The notes beneath the pieces were generated by a model, which had not been told where the DNA came from, did no database searches, and saw only the letters and a list, made by a program, of their open reading frames with translations. From Promethearchaeia archaeon (GTDB taxonomy: Archaea; Asgardarchaeota; Lokiarchaeia; Sigyniarchaeales; SOKP01), in NCBI GenBank assembly GCA_046497275.1, contig JAWOFX010000052.1, positions 1-32,000 of the forward strand: a stretch of DNA of 32,000 nucleotides, in the 5' to 3' direction. Of this stretch, positions 9,832-18,801 are shown in pieces. The translations under genes and the position numbers were made by a program. Every line of letters starts with the position of its first letter. The first letter of the stretch is position 1.

Positions 9832-11211
9832 ATGGTAAAAATAAAAAGGAATAATCAAAGGTTGAAATCCCTTTCCGAATTTGCTTTAATATTGATATTT
9901 ACAGGAGTTTTTCTATTAGAGTTAAATATCATTCAAATTTATGGAGATACAAATAATAATTCACAGATAAAAGGATCTGGGGCTCAAGTAGAATTTGATA
10001 TAATATGGAATAATGCTTATGGTGGTCCAGGAATAGAGTATAGTGAATCAATTATTAGAACTAGTGATAGTGGATATGCCTTATTAGGAAGGACAAATAG
10101 TACTCCATCAGGAGATTATGATCTATTTATCCTTAAAACAGATAATAATGGAAATCAACTATGGAATTTAACGCTCGGAAATCCATTTGATGATGTTGGA
10201 TATCAAATAGTAGAATGCCCTAATTCAGATCTAGTTATTTTAGGGGATCAACAATATAATAGTAATGATTGGGCTTACGATGTATATTTAGCTAGAATAG
10301 ATAATACAGGTACTATTTTACGATGGAATTACACGTTTGGGAGTTCAAATAGCCAAGAGTTGGGACGATCATTATTTCTAACAAATAATAGTCATTTTTT
10401 AATAGGAGGAGTCTATCCTATAAGTGGTTTAGAATCAGAGTTATGGTTAATCAGAACAAATTCTTTTGGAGCTCATTTATGGAATAAAACTTATGGAGGG
10501 AATGAAACGGATCGTATTTTTCAAAATAATTTAGTTTTAGAATGTGATAATGGGGATATAGTAATGGGAGGATATACCATAAGTTTTGGTTCTGGTCAAT
10601 CTGATGTGTGGTTAATTAAAACGGATTCATTTGGAAACATTATTTGGAATAAAACCTATGGAGGGAGTGAATTGGACAGACCTCAAATGATCTCGGAATG
10701 TGAAGATGGAGGTTTTATTGTATGTGCCAATACCAATAGTTACGGTCAAGGAGATCTGGATTTATGGGTTATAAAAACCGATTCACTTGGAACCCCAATT
10801 TGGAATATGACATTGGGAGGAGAAACATGTGATGAAGGTAGATCGATTATAGAAATGGATGACGGTGGATTTTTAATATCTGGTTCGACCACTAAATTTG
10901 GTTCTGGCAATGGAGGACTTTGGTTAGTGAAAGTAGATCAATCTGGAGATTTTTTATGGGAAACAGGGTTTGGTGAATCACAGGGAGAATTATGCAAGTC
11001 TATGTGTTTGGAAAATCAAACATGTTTGGTATTTACGGGGAAAACGGAAAAAAATGGAAATGAAGATGTTTGGTTAATAAAAATCAATTTAAACCTTATA
11101 GAATCTGGTGAAAATGGAATTCCGGGATATTGCTTATTAGGTTTCTCACTAATTTTAGCTATACTTTTTATAACACAAAAAGTAAAAAATTTAACCCACT
11201 TTAAAGATTAA
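9832..11211 (+). CDS. Surface repeat (beta-propeller-like) protein with N-terminal signal and Loki-CTERM-like C-terminal anchor
   Basis: About 7 repeats of ~50 aa (W-N-x-T-Y/L-G-G...D-x-W-L-I-K-T-D-S-x-G); C-terminus GIPGY + hydrophobic helix + basic tail. Confidence 0.78.
   Translation: MVKIKRNNQRLKSLSEFALILIFTGVFLLELNIIQIYGDTNNNSQIKGSGAQVEFDIIWNNAYGGPGIEYSESIIRTSDSGYALLGRTNSTPSGDYDLFILKTDNNGNQLWNLTLGNPFDDVGYQIVECPNSDLVILGDQQYNSNDWAYDVYLARIDNTGTILRWNYTFGSSNSQELGRSLFLTNNSHFLIGGVYPISGLESELWLIRTNSFGAHLWNKTYGGNETDRIFQNNLVLECDNGDIVMGGYTISFGSGQSDVWLIKTDSFGNIIWNKTYGGSELDRPQMISECEDGGFIVCANTNSYGQGDLDLWVIKTDSLGTPIWNMTLGGETCDEGRSIIEMDDGGFLISGSTTKFGSGNGGLWLVKVDQSGDFLWETGFGESQGELCKSMCLENQTCLVFTGKTEKNGNEDVWLIKINLNLIESGENGIPGYCLLGFSLILAILFITQKVKNLTHFKD
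10480..10665 (+). repeat. Intragenic repeat copies (WNKTYGG)
   Basis: tggaataaaacttatggaggg (10480-10500) versus tggaataaaacctatggaggg (10645-10665), 20/21 identical. Confidence 0.8.
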
Positions 11212-11291
11212 ATAAAAAGAGAACTAACATGTTTTACATCGTATAAGTAAAATGATGAATCTTTTTTTATTATTTGAAGGTATGATTAAAT

Positions 11292-12062
11292 TTAGTATGT
11301 GTTTGGATTGTTAAATTCCAAATTTGTAATTTTTGCTCTAATATAGCAATATTCTTGAGTTTCTAAATCCCAGCATACTTTAAACCTCGTAGGGACTAAG
11401 ATTCCATCTAATTTCTTGTAATCATACCAATATCCGTGCCAATCTTGAAGAGTTATCTCATCTTTATCAGTATAATATCTTTTAGTAGAAAATTCCTCTA
11501 TAAAACCAGATTCATTAAATATTAGATTTCCAGAAATTTCAAGCTCTTTTTGGATTAATTTGATCTCTAGGGTTTTCTCATTTATAATTTTCCACTTAAT
11601 TTTCTCATTTAGAAAGAATGAAGGATACCATGTCATCTCACCAAGAAATCTCAAGAATTCTCCTTCGTCTAATTTTGGACCTGATTCATCTACAACGGTA
11701 ATTAAATTAAATAATTTTGCATTTAAACTTCCGATTCTATTTACAAATTCATCAATTACATGAAAATTAATTAAAGGAACCATCTTTATTTTCGTATACC
11801 ATAAAAAAGACATATTTTCAGTATTAATGTACTGTTCAGCGGTGAAGGATTTCCATTTCGAATTCGGATTAAGCTTGAACTCTCCTTTCTGTTTTAATCG
11901 TACTCTTTTAATTTCTTTTGTTCCTGAAATTCCTATTTTTCTTAAATATATTTGAAGAAGTGGTGGTAAATTTTCTATATCAGATTCTGATATTCTTTCA
12001 GGGCTGATTTCCAAGGGTTTCTTATAAAATTCGTCAACTTTTTCGTACACAAGTTTGTTCAT
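11292..12062 (-). CDS. DUF6544-like family protein
   Basis: LPPLLQIYL...VRLKQKGEF...WKSFTAEQY...FLW...DEGEFLRFLGEMTWYP pattern, recalled from DUF6544. Confidence 0.65.
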   Translation of the reverse strand: MNKLVYEKVDEFYKKPLEISPERISESDIENLPPLLQIYLRKIGISGTKEIKRVRLKQKGEFKLNPNSKWKSFTAEQYINTENMSFLWYTKIKMVPLINFHVIDEFVNRIGSLNAKLFNLITVVDESGPKLDEGEFLRFLGEMTWYPSFFLNEKIKWKIINEKTLEIKLIQKELEISGNLIFNESGFIEEFSTKRYYTDKDEITLQDWHGYWYDYKKLDGILVPTRFKVCWDLETQEYCYIRAKITNLEFNNPNTY

Positions 12063-12280
12063 GGAATCAGATTTTAGAGTTTTTTCTAATAAATATAAAA
12101 TAATTTTAGATTTGTAAAAAATGCTTCCTATAAGCTGAACATAGAGAAAATTTCAATAAAATAATTTTTTATCTTTTTAGATAAAGTTCAGTTTTAAAGA
12201 ATTAAATATTTTCTCGTCTAATAATAATTTAATTTACATAATTATAAATTGGTGAAAAAAACAAAATGGTGATTATTTAA

Positions 12281-13540
12281 ATGCCACCTAAAGTAGGAAT
12301 AATAGGTGTGGGTATTACGCCCTTTCGAGCGAGATATTTAGATAAAACTTACTTTGAACTAGCTTATGATGCCACAAAGTTGGCTTTAGAAGATGCGAAT
12401 GAAAATGATGCGAATATCACACATAATGATTTAGAAACGACAGTTTATGGAATTTACAATGAGCTATTTGAGCGACAATTTATGCCTGATATCTTCACAA
12501 ATAGTTATATAGGCATGAATGATAAACCAGGAACGAGAATTGCCAGCGGAGGGGCAACAGGCGGATATACGGTAAGAATGGCGTACGCAGAAGTGGCTTC
12601 AGGGTTGTCTGATCTGTGTCTTTGTTTAGGCTTAGAGAAATGTAATGATTGCTATGATGAGCAGACGGGTACAACAACTCCTGAGGTACTCAACGCTATT
12701 GCTTACTCTGCGGATATGACCTATGAATATCCGATGGGTATGATGGCGGCAAGCTCTTATGTGTCAATGGTAAATGCTCATCATGATGAATTTGGTAATC
12801 CTACAGAAAAACAAATGGCGTTAGTAAGTGTAAAAAACCATGGGAATGCGATGAAGAATCCGAAAGCCCAATCCCCAATGGATATAACAGTTCAAGATGT
12901 ATTAAATTCTAGAATTATTTGTTATCCCTTCAAGATGTTAGATTGCTGTCTCTATTCTGAAGCCTCTGCTGCACTTATCTTGGCAAGTGAGGATAAAGTT
13001 AAAGAACTCGGAATTGATAATCCGATATGGATAACGGGCGTTGGAGCAGCAAATACTGATTGCTTTATCGGAAATCGTGAAGATTTAGGAAGGTTGTATT
13101 CAAATATTAATGCTGCGAAAGCGGCATATAAAATGGCTGGACTAGATTACAATGACATAAAGAATCAAGTTGATTTGGCAGAGCTTCATGATGCATTTTC
13201 CGGGCAAGAAGTTATTAGTTATGAGGAATTAGGCTTTGTTCCGTTCGGAGAAGGTGGTCCTTGGATTGAAAGGAGTTATGAAAAGCCCGGAGAAGGGCCT
13301 TGGCTTGAAGGTGAGTTGCCTTGCTGTCCTTCTGGAGGCCTCATTGGATGTGGTCATGCAGTTGGAGCAACTGGAATAATGTCTACAGGAGAAGCTGCTT
13401 TGCAACTTAGAAATGATGCGGGAAAACATCAAGTTGAAATTGAGAAAGGAAGGGCAATTGCACATTCAATTGGAGGTCCAGGAGCGGCATATGCGGCGAT
13501 AATTGTAATGGAAAATGAGGAGGGGTTGGCGAAAAAATGA
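12281..13540 (+). CDS. Thiolase-superfamily protein (SCP-x type) lacking the canonical nucleophile Cys
   Basis: VGIIGVGITPF, ELHDAF, PSGGLIGCGHAVGATG; IASGGATG where C-x-S/T-G is expected. Confidence 0.85.
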   Translation: MPPKVGIIGVGITPFRARYLDKTYFELAYDATKLALEDANENDANITHNDLETTVYGIYNELFERQFMPDIFTNSYIGMNDKPGTRIASGGATGGYTVRMAYAEVASGLSDLCLCLGLEKCNDCYDEQTGTTTPEVLNAIAYSADMTYEYPMGMMAASSYVSMVNAHHDEFGNPTEKQMALVSVKNHGNAMKNPKAQSPMDITVQDVLNSRIICYPFKMLDCCLYSEASAALILASEDKVKELGIDNPIWITGVGAANTDCFIGNREDLGRLYSNINAAKAAYKMAGLDYNDIKNQVDLAELHDAFSGQEVISYEELGFVPFGEGGPWIERSYEKPGEGPWLEGELPCCPSGGLIGCGHAVGATGIMSTGEAALQLRNDAGKHQVEIEKGRAIAHSIGGPGAAYAAIIVMENEEGLAKK

Positions 13541-14040
13541 CGGGAGATAATTTTAAAGCCCATGAAATTAGGGACCGAATCCACATAGACTATAAATACA
13601 CTTATGGTAGCCAAAGCAAATTCTTTATCGATCTAATGAACGAGAAAAAGTTGCAAGGCACTAAATGTAAAAAATGCGGTAAGATATGGATGCCACCACG
13701 GGTCGGTTGTTCAGACTGTTTTGAAGATACAGAATGGATTGAATTACCCCATACTGGTGAGATTATGGTTTCAACTATCGTATGGTATACAACATCAGAT
13801 TTTATCCAAAAGATTCCATATGGTATCGCTTTTATAAAGCTTGATAATGCAGATACTGGAATGCTCCAAGGAGTTTTCTCGGAAAATTTAGTTCCTTCAA
13901 AAATTAGAAAAGGCCAACGGGTAAGAGCGGTATTCAAAACAAAAGAAGAGCGTGAAGGAAAAATGACTGATTTCTTCTTTGTACCAGAAGATGAATATGA
14001 AACGTGGATTAATCAACCCGAATATGAAGGAGGTGAATAA
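13537..14040 (+). CDS. DUF35 Zn-ribbon/OB-fold acyl-CoA-binding protein
   Basis: GTKCKKCG...PPRVGCSDC plus OB fold; ATGA overlap with the upstream thiolase-fold gene. Confidence 0.9.
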   Translation: MTGDNFKAHEIRDRIHIDYKYTYGSQSKFFIDLMNEKKLQGTKCKKCGKIWMPPRVGCSDCFEDTEWIELPHTGEIMVSTIVWYTTSDFIQKIPYGIAFIKLDNADTGMLQGVFSENLVPSKIRKGQRVRAVFKTKEEREGKMTDFFFVPEDEYETWINQPEYEGGE

Positions 14041-14041
14041 A

Positions 14042-14407
14042 ATGGGTGTTGCAAAAGAAAACTTAGAAAAAATTATTGAAAAAGTAAATCAAAATCAGAA
14101 AGCAAGAAATGTATTCGTGACTAATTTAGCTGGAAAAGATGTAAATTGGGATATGAGTTTTCAATTTAAGCTGGATCAAGAAGATCCCTTTTATTTAGAA
14201 ATAAGTGACAGAATGGGAAAAATTCATGATGGACAAGCTAAGGATCCAGATATCATTTTGACCGGAGATAATGAAGCAATCGTGAGAATCTGCAACGGAG
14301 AAGGGGACTTTACTCATGCTATCAGTAGGGAACAAATAACTGTAGAAAAAGGAAAAGTAATGGAAGTTGTGAGATTAACGAGAGCTATTACAACTGCATT
14401 AAGATAA
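14042..14407 (+). CDS. SCP2 sterol/lipid-binding domain protein
   Basis: SFQFKLDQEDPFYLEI...DPDIILTG...AISREQITVEKGKVM; SD GGAGGTGA at 14029-14036 supports ATG 14042. Confidence 0.72.
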   Translation: MGVAKENLEKIIEKVNQNQKARNVFVTNLAGKDVNWDMSFQFKLDQEDPFYLEISDRMGKIHDGQAKDPDIILTGDNEAIVRICNGEGDFTHAISREQITVEKGKVMEVVRLTRAITTALR

Positions 14408-14466
14408 AACTATTTTTTTTTTAATTTTCGCAATTTTTTAAGATCTAAATATTTTAAGGGATTTTT

Positions 14467-15297
14467 ATGAATGGAAAAAGTAATAAGATTAAAGAAGGAT
14501 CAATTCAAGAAACAATGTTAGGGCCTTTATGGGCTCGAGCTACATATTCTAAATTATATCCTGATTTATTGAATGATGAAAGGGCAATTCAAATTATAGA
14601 AAATGTTAATTATGATTTCTCTGAGATCAGAGATTTCCTAGGAGAATGGCGTGCTGTTGGATTAATGATTAGAGCACGAAGATTTGATGAAGCTGCACAA
14701 AAATATATAGAAAATCATCCCTATGCCACAGTTATTAATATTGGAGCGGGACTTGATACTACATTTTCTCGAATCGATAATGAGATGATCAAAATGTATA
14801 ACATAGATTTACCTGAAGTTATAACTTATCGTGAAGAATTAATTGAACACAATGAAAGAAATCAAAATATTGGATCCTCCGTTTTTGAAAAAGAATGGAT
14901 GGATCAAATTGAATATACTAAAGAAAAAGGGATATTTTTTATCGCAGGTGGATTTTTATATTATTTTGAAGAAAATAATGTCTCCAATTTCATCGATAGA
15001 TTAGCTGAGAAATATCCAAACGGCGAAATCATCTTCGATACGGTTTCATCTTTAGCTGCGAAAATTGTCAATAAAAGAGCAAAAAAGGCCGAATCAGATT
15101 TGAGATTTGGGATGACAATCGATGATCCTCATGAGCAAATACCAAAATGGTCAGATAAGATTGAGATTAAAGAATGTTTTGTTCTCGGCGATCGTGTATC
15201 TTCAAGTAAAAATTGGAAATTAAAAACCAGAATTATGAATAAGTTTTCAAATTGGTTAAAGACTGCATATATTATTCATCTAAGATTTATTGAATAA
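14467..15297 (+). CDS. SAM-dependent methyltransferase, leucine carboxyl methyltransferase/TcmP-like family
   Basis: ETMLGPLWARA, RARRFD, VINIGAGLDT, NIDLPEVI, FFIAGGFLYY. Confidence 0.85.
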   Translation: MNGKSNKIKEGSIQETMLGPLWARATYSKLYPDLLNDERAIQIIENVNYDFSEIRDFLGEWRAVGLMIRARRFDEAAQKYIENHPYATVINIGAGLDTTFSRIDNEMIKMYNIDLPEVITYREELIEHNERNQNIGSSVFEKEWMDQIEYTKEKGIFFIAGGFLYYFEENNVSNFIDRLAEKYPNGEIIFDTVSSLAAKIVNKRAKKAESDLRFGMTIDDPHEQIPKWSDKIEIKECFVLGDRVSSSKNWKLKTRIMNKFSNWLKTAYIIHLRFIE

Positions 15298-15493
15298 GTC
15301 TATTAACTATGTATTTCAATTTATTCATCATTTATGCTTTATTTTATTACTAAGTGGTGGTAAATATGTTTTAATTCGGATTTCCAAATTTGCAAAAATA
15401 AATTATCAAATTAGAAAATCTTTAAATAATAATGGAGAGAATAATATTTTATAATCCAAAGTTTTACAAAAAATAAAAAAGTCAAATACGAAA

Positions 15494-17044
15494 ATGAATC
15501 AAAAGTCTTCAGAAGATTCCCATGATGAGGAATATGATGTTATTGTTGTTGGAGCGGGATTAGGAGGATTAGGAGCAGCATGTCAACTAGGATTAGCGGA
15601 TAAAAGAGTGTTATTATTAGAAAAGCATAATGTTCCCGGAGGTTTCGCCACTTCATTTGTAAGAGGGAGATTTGAATTTGAAGGGGCTTTACATATGCTA
15701 AGTGATATCGGGTCTCCAGATGATCCAGGGGCACTTTATCGATTTTTTAAGCGAATTGGATTGGTACCAGACCTTATTTCATTTAAAAATATCCCCGAAT
15801 ATTATCGAAGTGTATTCTATGATGGGTATAATACGGTTATCCCATATGGGATTGAAGAGTATTTTGATAAGTTGCTTGAATTATTTCCAAAGCAAGAAAA
15901 AGGAATCAATCAATTCAAAGAGATATGTATCTCTGTGTGTAAAGGGATTCAATATATTGGTAGTAAAAGAGGGGATGTATCCCAGAAAGAAATTATTAAA
16001 AACCACCCTTGGATTGCTCGAGTAATAGGATTAACGTTACAAGACGTTTATGATAAATGTTTTGATAATAAAAGACTTATTTCAGTAATTTCTCAACCAT
16101 GGGGATTTTTAGGGCTCCCACCTTCAAAAGTGAGTGCATACTCTTTCCTTGGAATGACAATGAGCTATTTGGACAAGGGAGGAGCATATCCCGAAGGGAG
16201 ATCGCACGCTCTCACAAGTGGAATGGTTAAATGTTTTGAAAAAATGGGAGGAAGAATCCAATTTAATGCACTAGTTAACCGCATTCTTACTAAAAATAAT
16301 CATGTAGTCGGAGTGGAATTATTTAATGGACAGAGATATTTTGCTCAATCTGTAATATCGAATGTAAATCCAATTTGTACTGTAATGAAAATGTTATCTG
16401 AAACTTCTATTTCAGAGGATTATAAGAAGAGAATTTTTGCTCCAGAAATTGGACCCTCTGGTTTTTCTGTCTATATCGGACTCAACGCTCCACCAGAAGA
16501 ATTAGGATTAAAAGAACATGAAACATTCATAAATTTAGATGATGATCTTGATAGGGCGTATGAAAGCTTTAGGAGAATAGAAGATCCGCGATACATTGTA
16601 GCAGCATGTTATAATAATATAGATCCAAATATCTCTCCTGAAGGTACATCTCAGTTAGTTCTCACAACCTTACAAATGGGGGATGAATGGCAAACTATAG
16701 CTCCCGATCAATATCATAAAATAAAAGATAAATATGCTGATAAAATGATTCAAATGGTTGAACATACAATTTTGCCAAATGTTAGAGAATATATTGAAAT
16801 CGCTGAAATAGCATCACCTCTTACTTATTACCGTTATTCTAAAAATTATAATGGAGCGATTTATGGATATCATCAAGACGTTTTAAATAGTCCAATGATG
16901 AGACTCAAAAGTAAAACACCAATAAAAGGCCTATATTTAGCAGGTGCATGGACCAATTTTGGTGGCGGTTTTTCTACTGCTATTTTGGGCGGAAGAGTTG
17001 CCGCAGGTCTTTATTTACATGATAAAAAGGAGGGAAAAATTTAA
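15494..17044 (+). CDS. Phytoene desaturase/retinol saturase (CrtI-like) FAD oxidoreductase
   Basis: DVIVVGAGLGGL, LEKHNVPGG, SPLTYYRY...GAIYG, TPIKGLYLAGAW...GGGF. Confidence 0.85.
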   Translation: MNQKSSEDSHDEEYDVIVVGAGLGGLGAACQLGLADKRVLLLEKHNVPGGFATSFVRGRFEFEGALHMLSDIGSPDDPGALYRFFKRIGLVPDLISFKNIPEYYRSVFYDGYNTVIPYGIEEYFDKLLELFPKQEKGINQFKEICISVCKGIQYIGSKRGDVSQKEIIKNHPWIARVIGLTLQDVYDKCFDNKRLISVISQPWGFLGLPPSKVSAYSFLGMTMSYLDKGGAYPEGRSHALTSGMVKCFEKMGGRIQFNALVNRILTKNNHVVGVELFNGQRYFAQSVISNVNPICTVMKMLSETSISEDYKKRIFAPEIGPSGFSVYIGLNAPPEELGLKEHETFINLDDDLDRAYESFRRIEDPRYIVAACYNNIDPNISPEGTSQLVLTTLQMGDEWQTIAPDQYHKIKDKYADKMIQMVEHTILPNVREYIEIAEIASPLTYYRYSKNYNGAIYGYHQDVLNSPMMRLKSKTPIKGLYLAGAWTNFGGGFSTAILGGRVAAGLYLHDKKEGKI

Positions 17045-17045
17045 G

Positions 17046-18233
17046 ATGATGGAAGATATTAAGAAATATCGGGAAGCAGAAAAGCTTAAAAAATGGAGTC
17101 GAGAAGTTCAAAAAATTCCACCTTATTTAGATAAATTTGAAGGATTGAATAATAGATTGCATCCCGAAATTCAAGAATTGAAGATAACAAAGATCCAAGA
17201 ATTATCTCATGATACTAAATTATATAGATTTGTTTCAGCTAATCCAGACAAACCCTTAGCAATTTTTAGAGCAGGACAATATATAGGAATCACAGTAAAT
17301 ATTAATGGAGTGAGAACCGTGCGACCATATTCTATCGTCTCTTCTCCAAATCAGACAGCTTATTATGAATTAGCCATCAGACGGAAAAAAAATGGATTTG
17401 TCAGTCCATTCATTTTAGATAATGCTAAAATTGGTGATATTTTCGAAGCTACTGAACCGTTGGGACAATTTTATTACAATCCGCTCTTTCATGGAAAAGA
17501 TTTAGTATTTATTGCGGGTGGCTGTGGAATTACTCCTTTCATTTCAATGATTCGAGATATTATTGAATTGGGAAAACCAATAAATATTGAATTATTATAT
17601 GGGTGTTTAACTGAGTTAGATATTTTATTTAGAGAAGAATTGGAAGATATAAGAACGAGAAAACAAAATTTTGAGGTTAAATTTGTGTTATCTGAAGCTC
17701 ACTCTGAATGGGGTGGATTATGTGGATTTATCACTAAGGAGGTCATTTCAAGTAATATTGATAAATATATTGATAAATTTTATTATATCTGTGGAAGTAG
17801 AGAGATGTATCAATTTATTTTAGAAGAGTTAAACAAATTAGGTGTCCCCCGACATCATATTATCTTTGAGACCTTTGGAGTGCCTGATGATGTTACGAAA
17901 ATATTAGGTTGGCCCTCTCACTTAAATTCCTCTGATCTCTTTGAAATCACAATGGAATATTTAGAAAATGGAAAAACTCACACAATCTCATTTAAAGCAT
18001 CATGTACAGAGCCACTTTTAAATAGTATAGAGCGTCAAAAAGATATTAACTTAAATATAAAAAGTGGGTGTCGCTCAGGTGTTTGTGCATTATGTAGAAC
18101 CAAATTAATTTCAGGAGAAATCTTTTTGCCCCCCGATGTAACCATAAGAGAAATGGATAAAGATTTAGGATATATTCATCCTTGCGTTTCTTATCCTTTA
18201 ACTGATCTCCATCTAGATTTGAAAATGATTTAA
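17046..18233 (+). CDS. FAD/NAD-binding ferredoxin reductase with C-terminal [2Fe-2S] domain (PaaE/KshB-like architecture)
   Basis: FRAGQY, RPYSIVS, GFVS, IAGGCGITPF, YYICG, CRSGVCALC...HPC; ATG 17046 follows the CrtI-like stop by 1 nt (track start 16944 lies inside the upstream gene). Confidence 0.88.
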   Translation: MMEDIKKYREAEKLKKWSREVQKIPPYLDKFEGLNNRLHPEIQELKITKIQELSHDTKLYRFVSANPDKPLAIFRAGQYIGITVNINGVRTVRPYSIVSSPNQTAYYELAIRRKKNGFVSPFILDNAKIGDIFEATEPLGQFYYNPLFHGKDLVFIAGGCGITPFISMIRDIIELGKPINIELLYGCLTELDILFREELEDIRTRKQNFEVKFVLSEAHSEWGGLCGFITKEVISSNIDKYIDKFYYICGSREMYQFILEELNKLGVPRHHIIFETFGVPDDVTKILGWPSHLNSSDLFEITMEYLENGKTHTISFKASCTEPLLNSIERQKDINLNIKSGCRSGVCALCRTKLISGEIFLPPDVTIREMDKDLGYIHPCVSYPLTDLHLDLKMI

Positions 18234-18293
18234 AAAAATTAAAAAAATTTTATTTTTGGTTTTTTTTAAAAAATTAGACTGATTCTAAAAAAA

Positions 18294-18701
18294 TTATAAG
18301 AATTCAGTGTCGATTTTCTGTAAAGAATTAACTATCTCTTGAGCTGCTCTTGTCGCTCTCATGAGTTTTGCCATATTTCCTGTTAATTTTAGCTTTCCAG
18401 ACATTACTCCTTGAATTGTATCAAGCTCTCCTTTTGCAACCTTAACGAAATTCTCATAAGGACCTGCAAGAATAAATTCTGTTTCGGGATTATCACCCTC
18501 TTTGACAAGATGTGTTCCCGTACACTCACCTTTATGTAGTCCAAGAAAAAACTTTACATCATGGTTTAATGGACCACTTGGTTGTACATGTACTAACATA
18601 TCTCCCGTCCACCAAGCCGCAGCCTCTTTATACGCGGGATTATTATTTATCGCGTCACCAAACGCTTCAACCCATTCCTCACTTAGAATTTTTACAGCCA
18701 T
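18294..18701 (-). CDS. SCP2 sterol/lipid-binding domain protein
   Basis: SEEWVEAF..AINNN.AY...AAWW...GELDTIQGVMSGKLKLTGNMAKLMR. Confidence 0.85.
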   Translation of the reverse strand: MAVKILSEEWVEAFGDAINNNPAYKEAAAWWTGDMLVHVQPSGPLNHDVKFFLGLHKGECTGTHLVKEGDNPETEFILAGPYENFVKVAKGELDTIQGVMSGKLKLTGNMAKLMRATRAAQEIVNSLQKIDTEFL

Positions 18702-18801
18702 TTTATCTCATCTTGAAAAATATAATTGAAGAAAGTATTGTCTTTAGGATATTTAAAATTTTTGTAAATCTTCATACAACAATAAAAGAAAGAAAAAAAG
18801 T

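Noticed and set aside
18272-18286. AATTAGACTGATT resembling the 3135 palindrome
   Set aside because: It lies between convergent gene ends, so it is unlikely to be an operator and weakens the motif.
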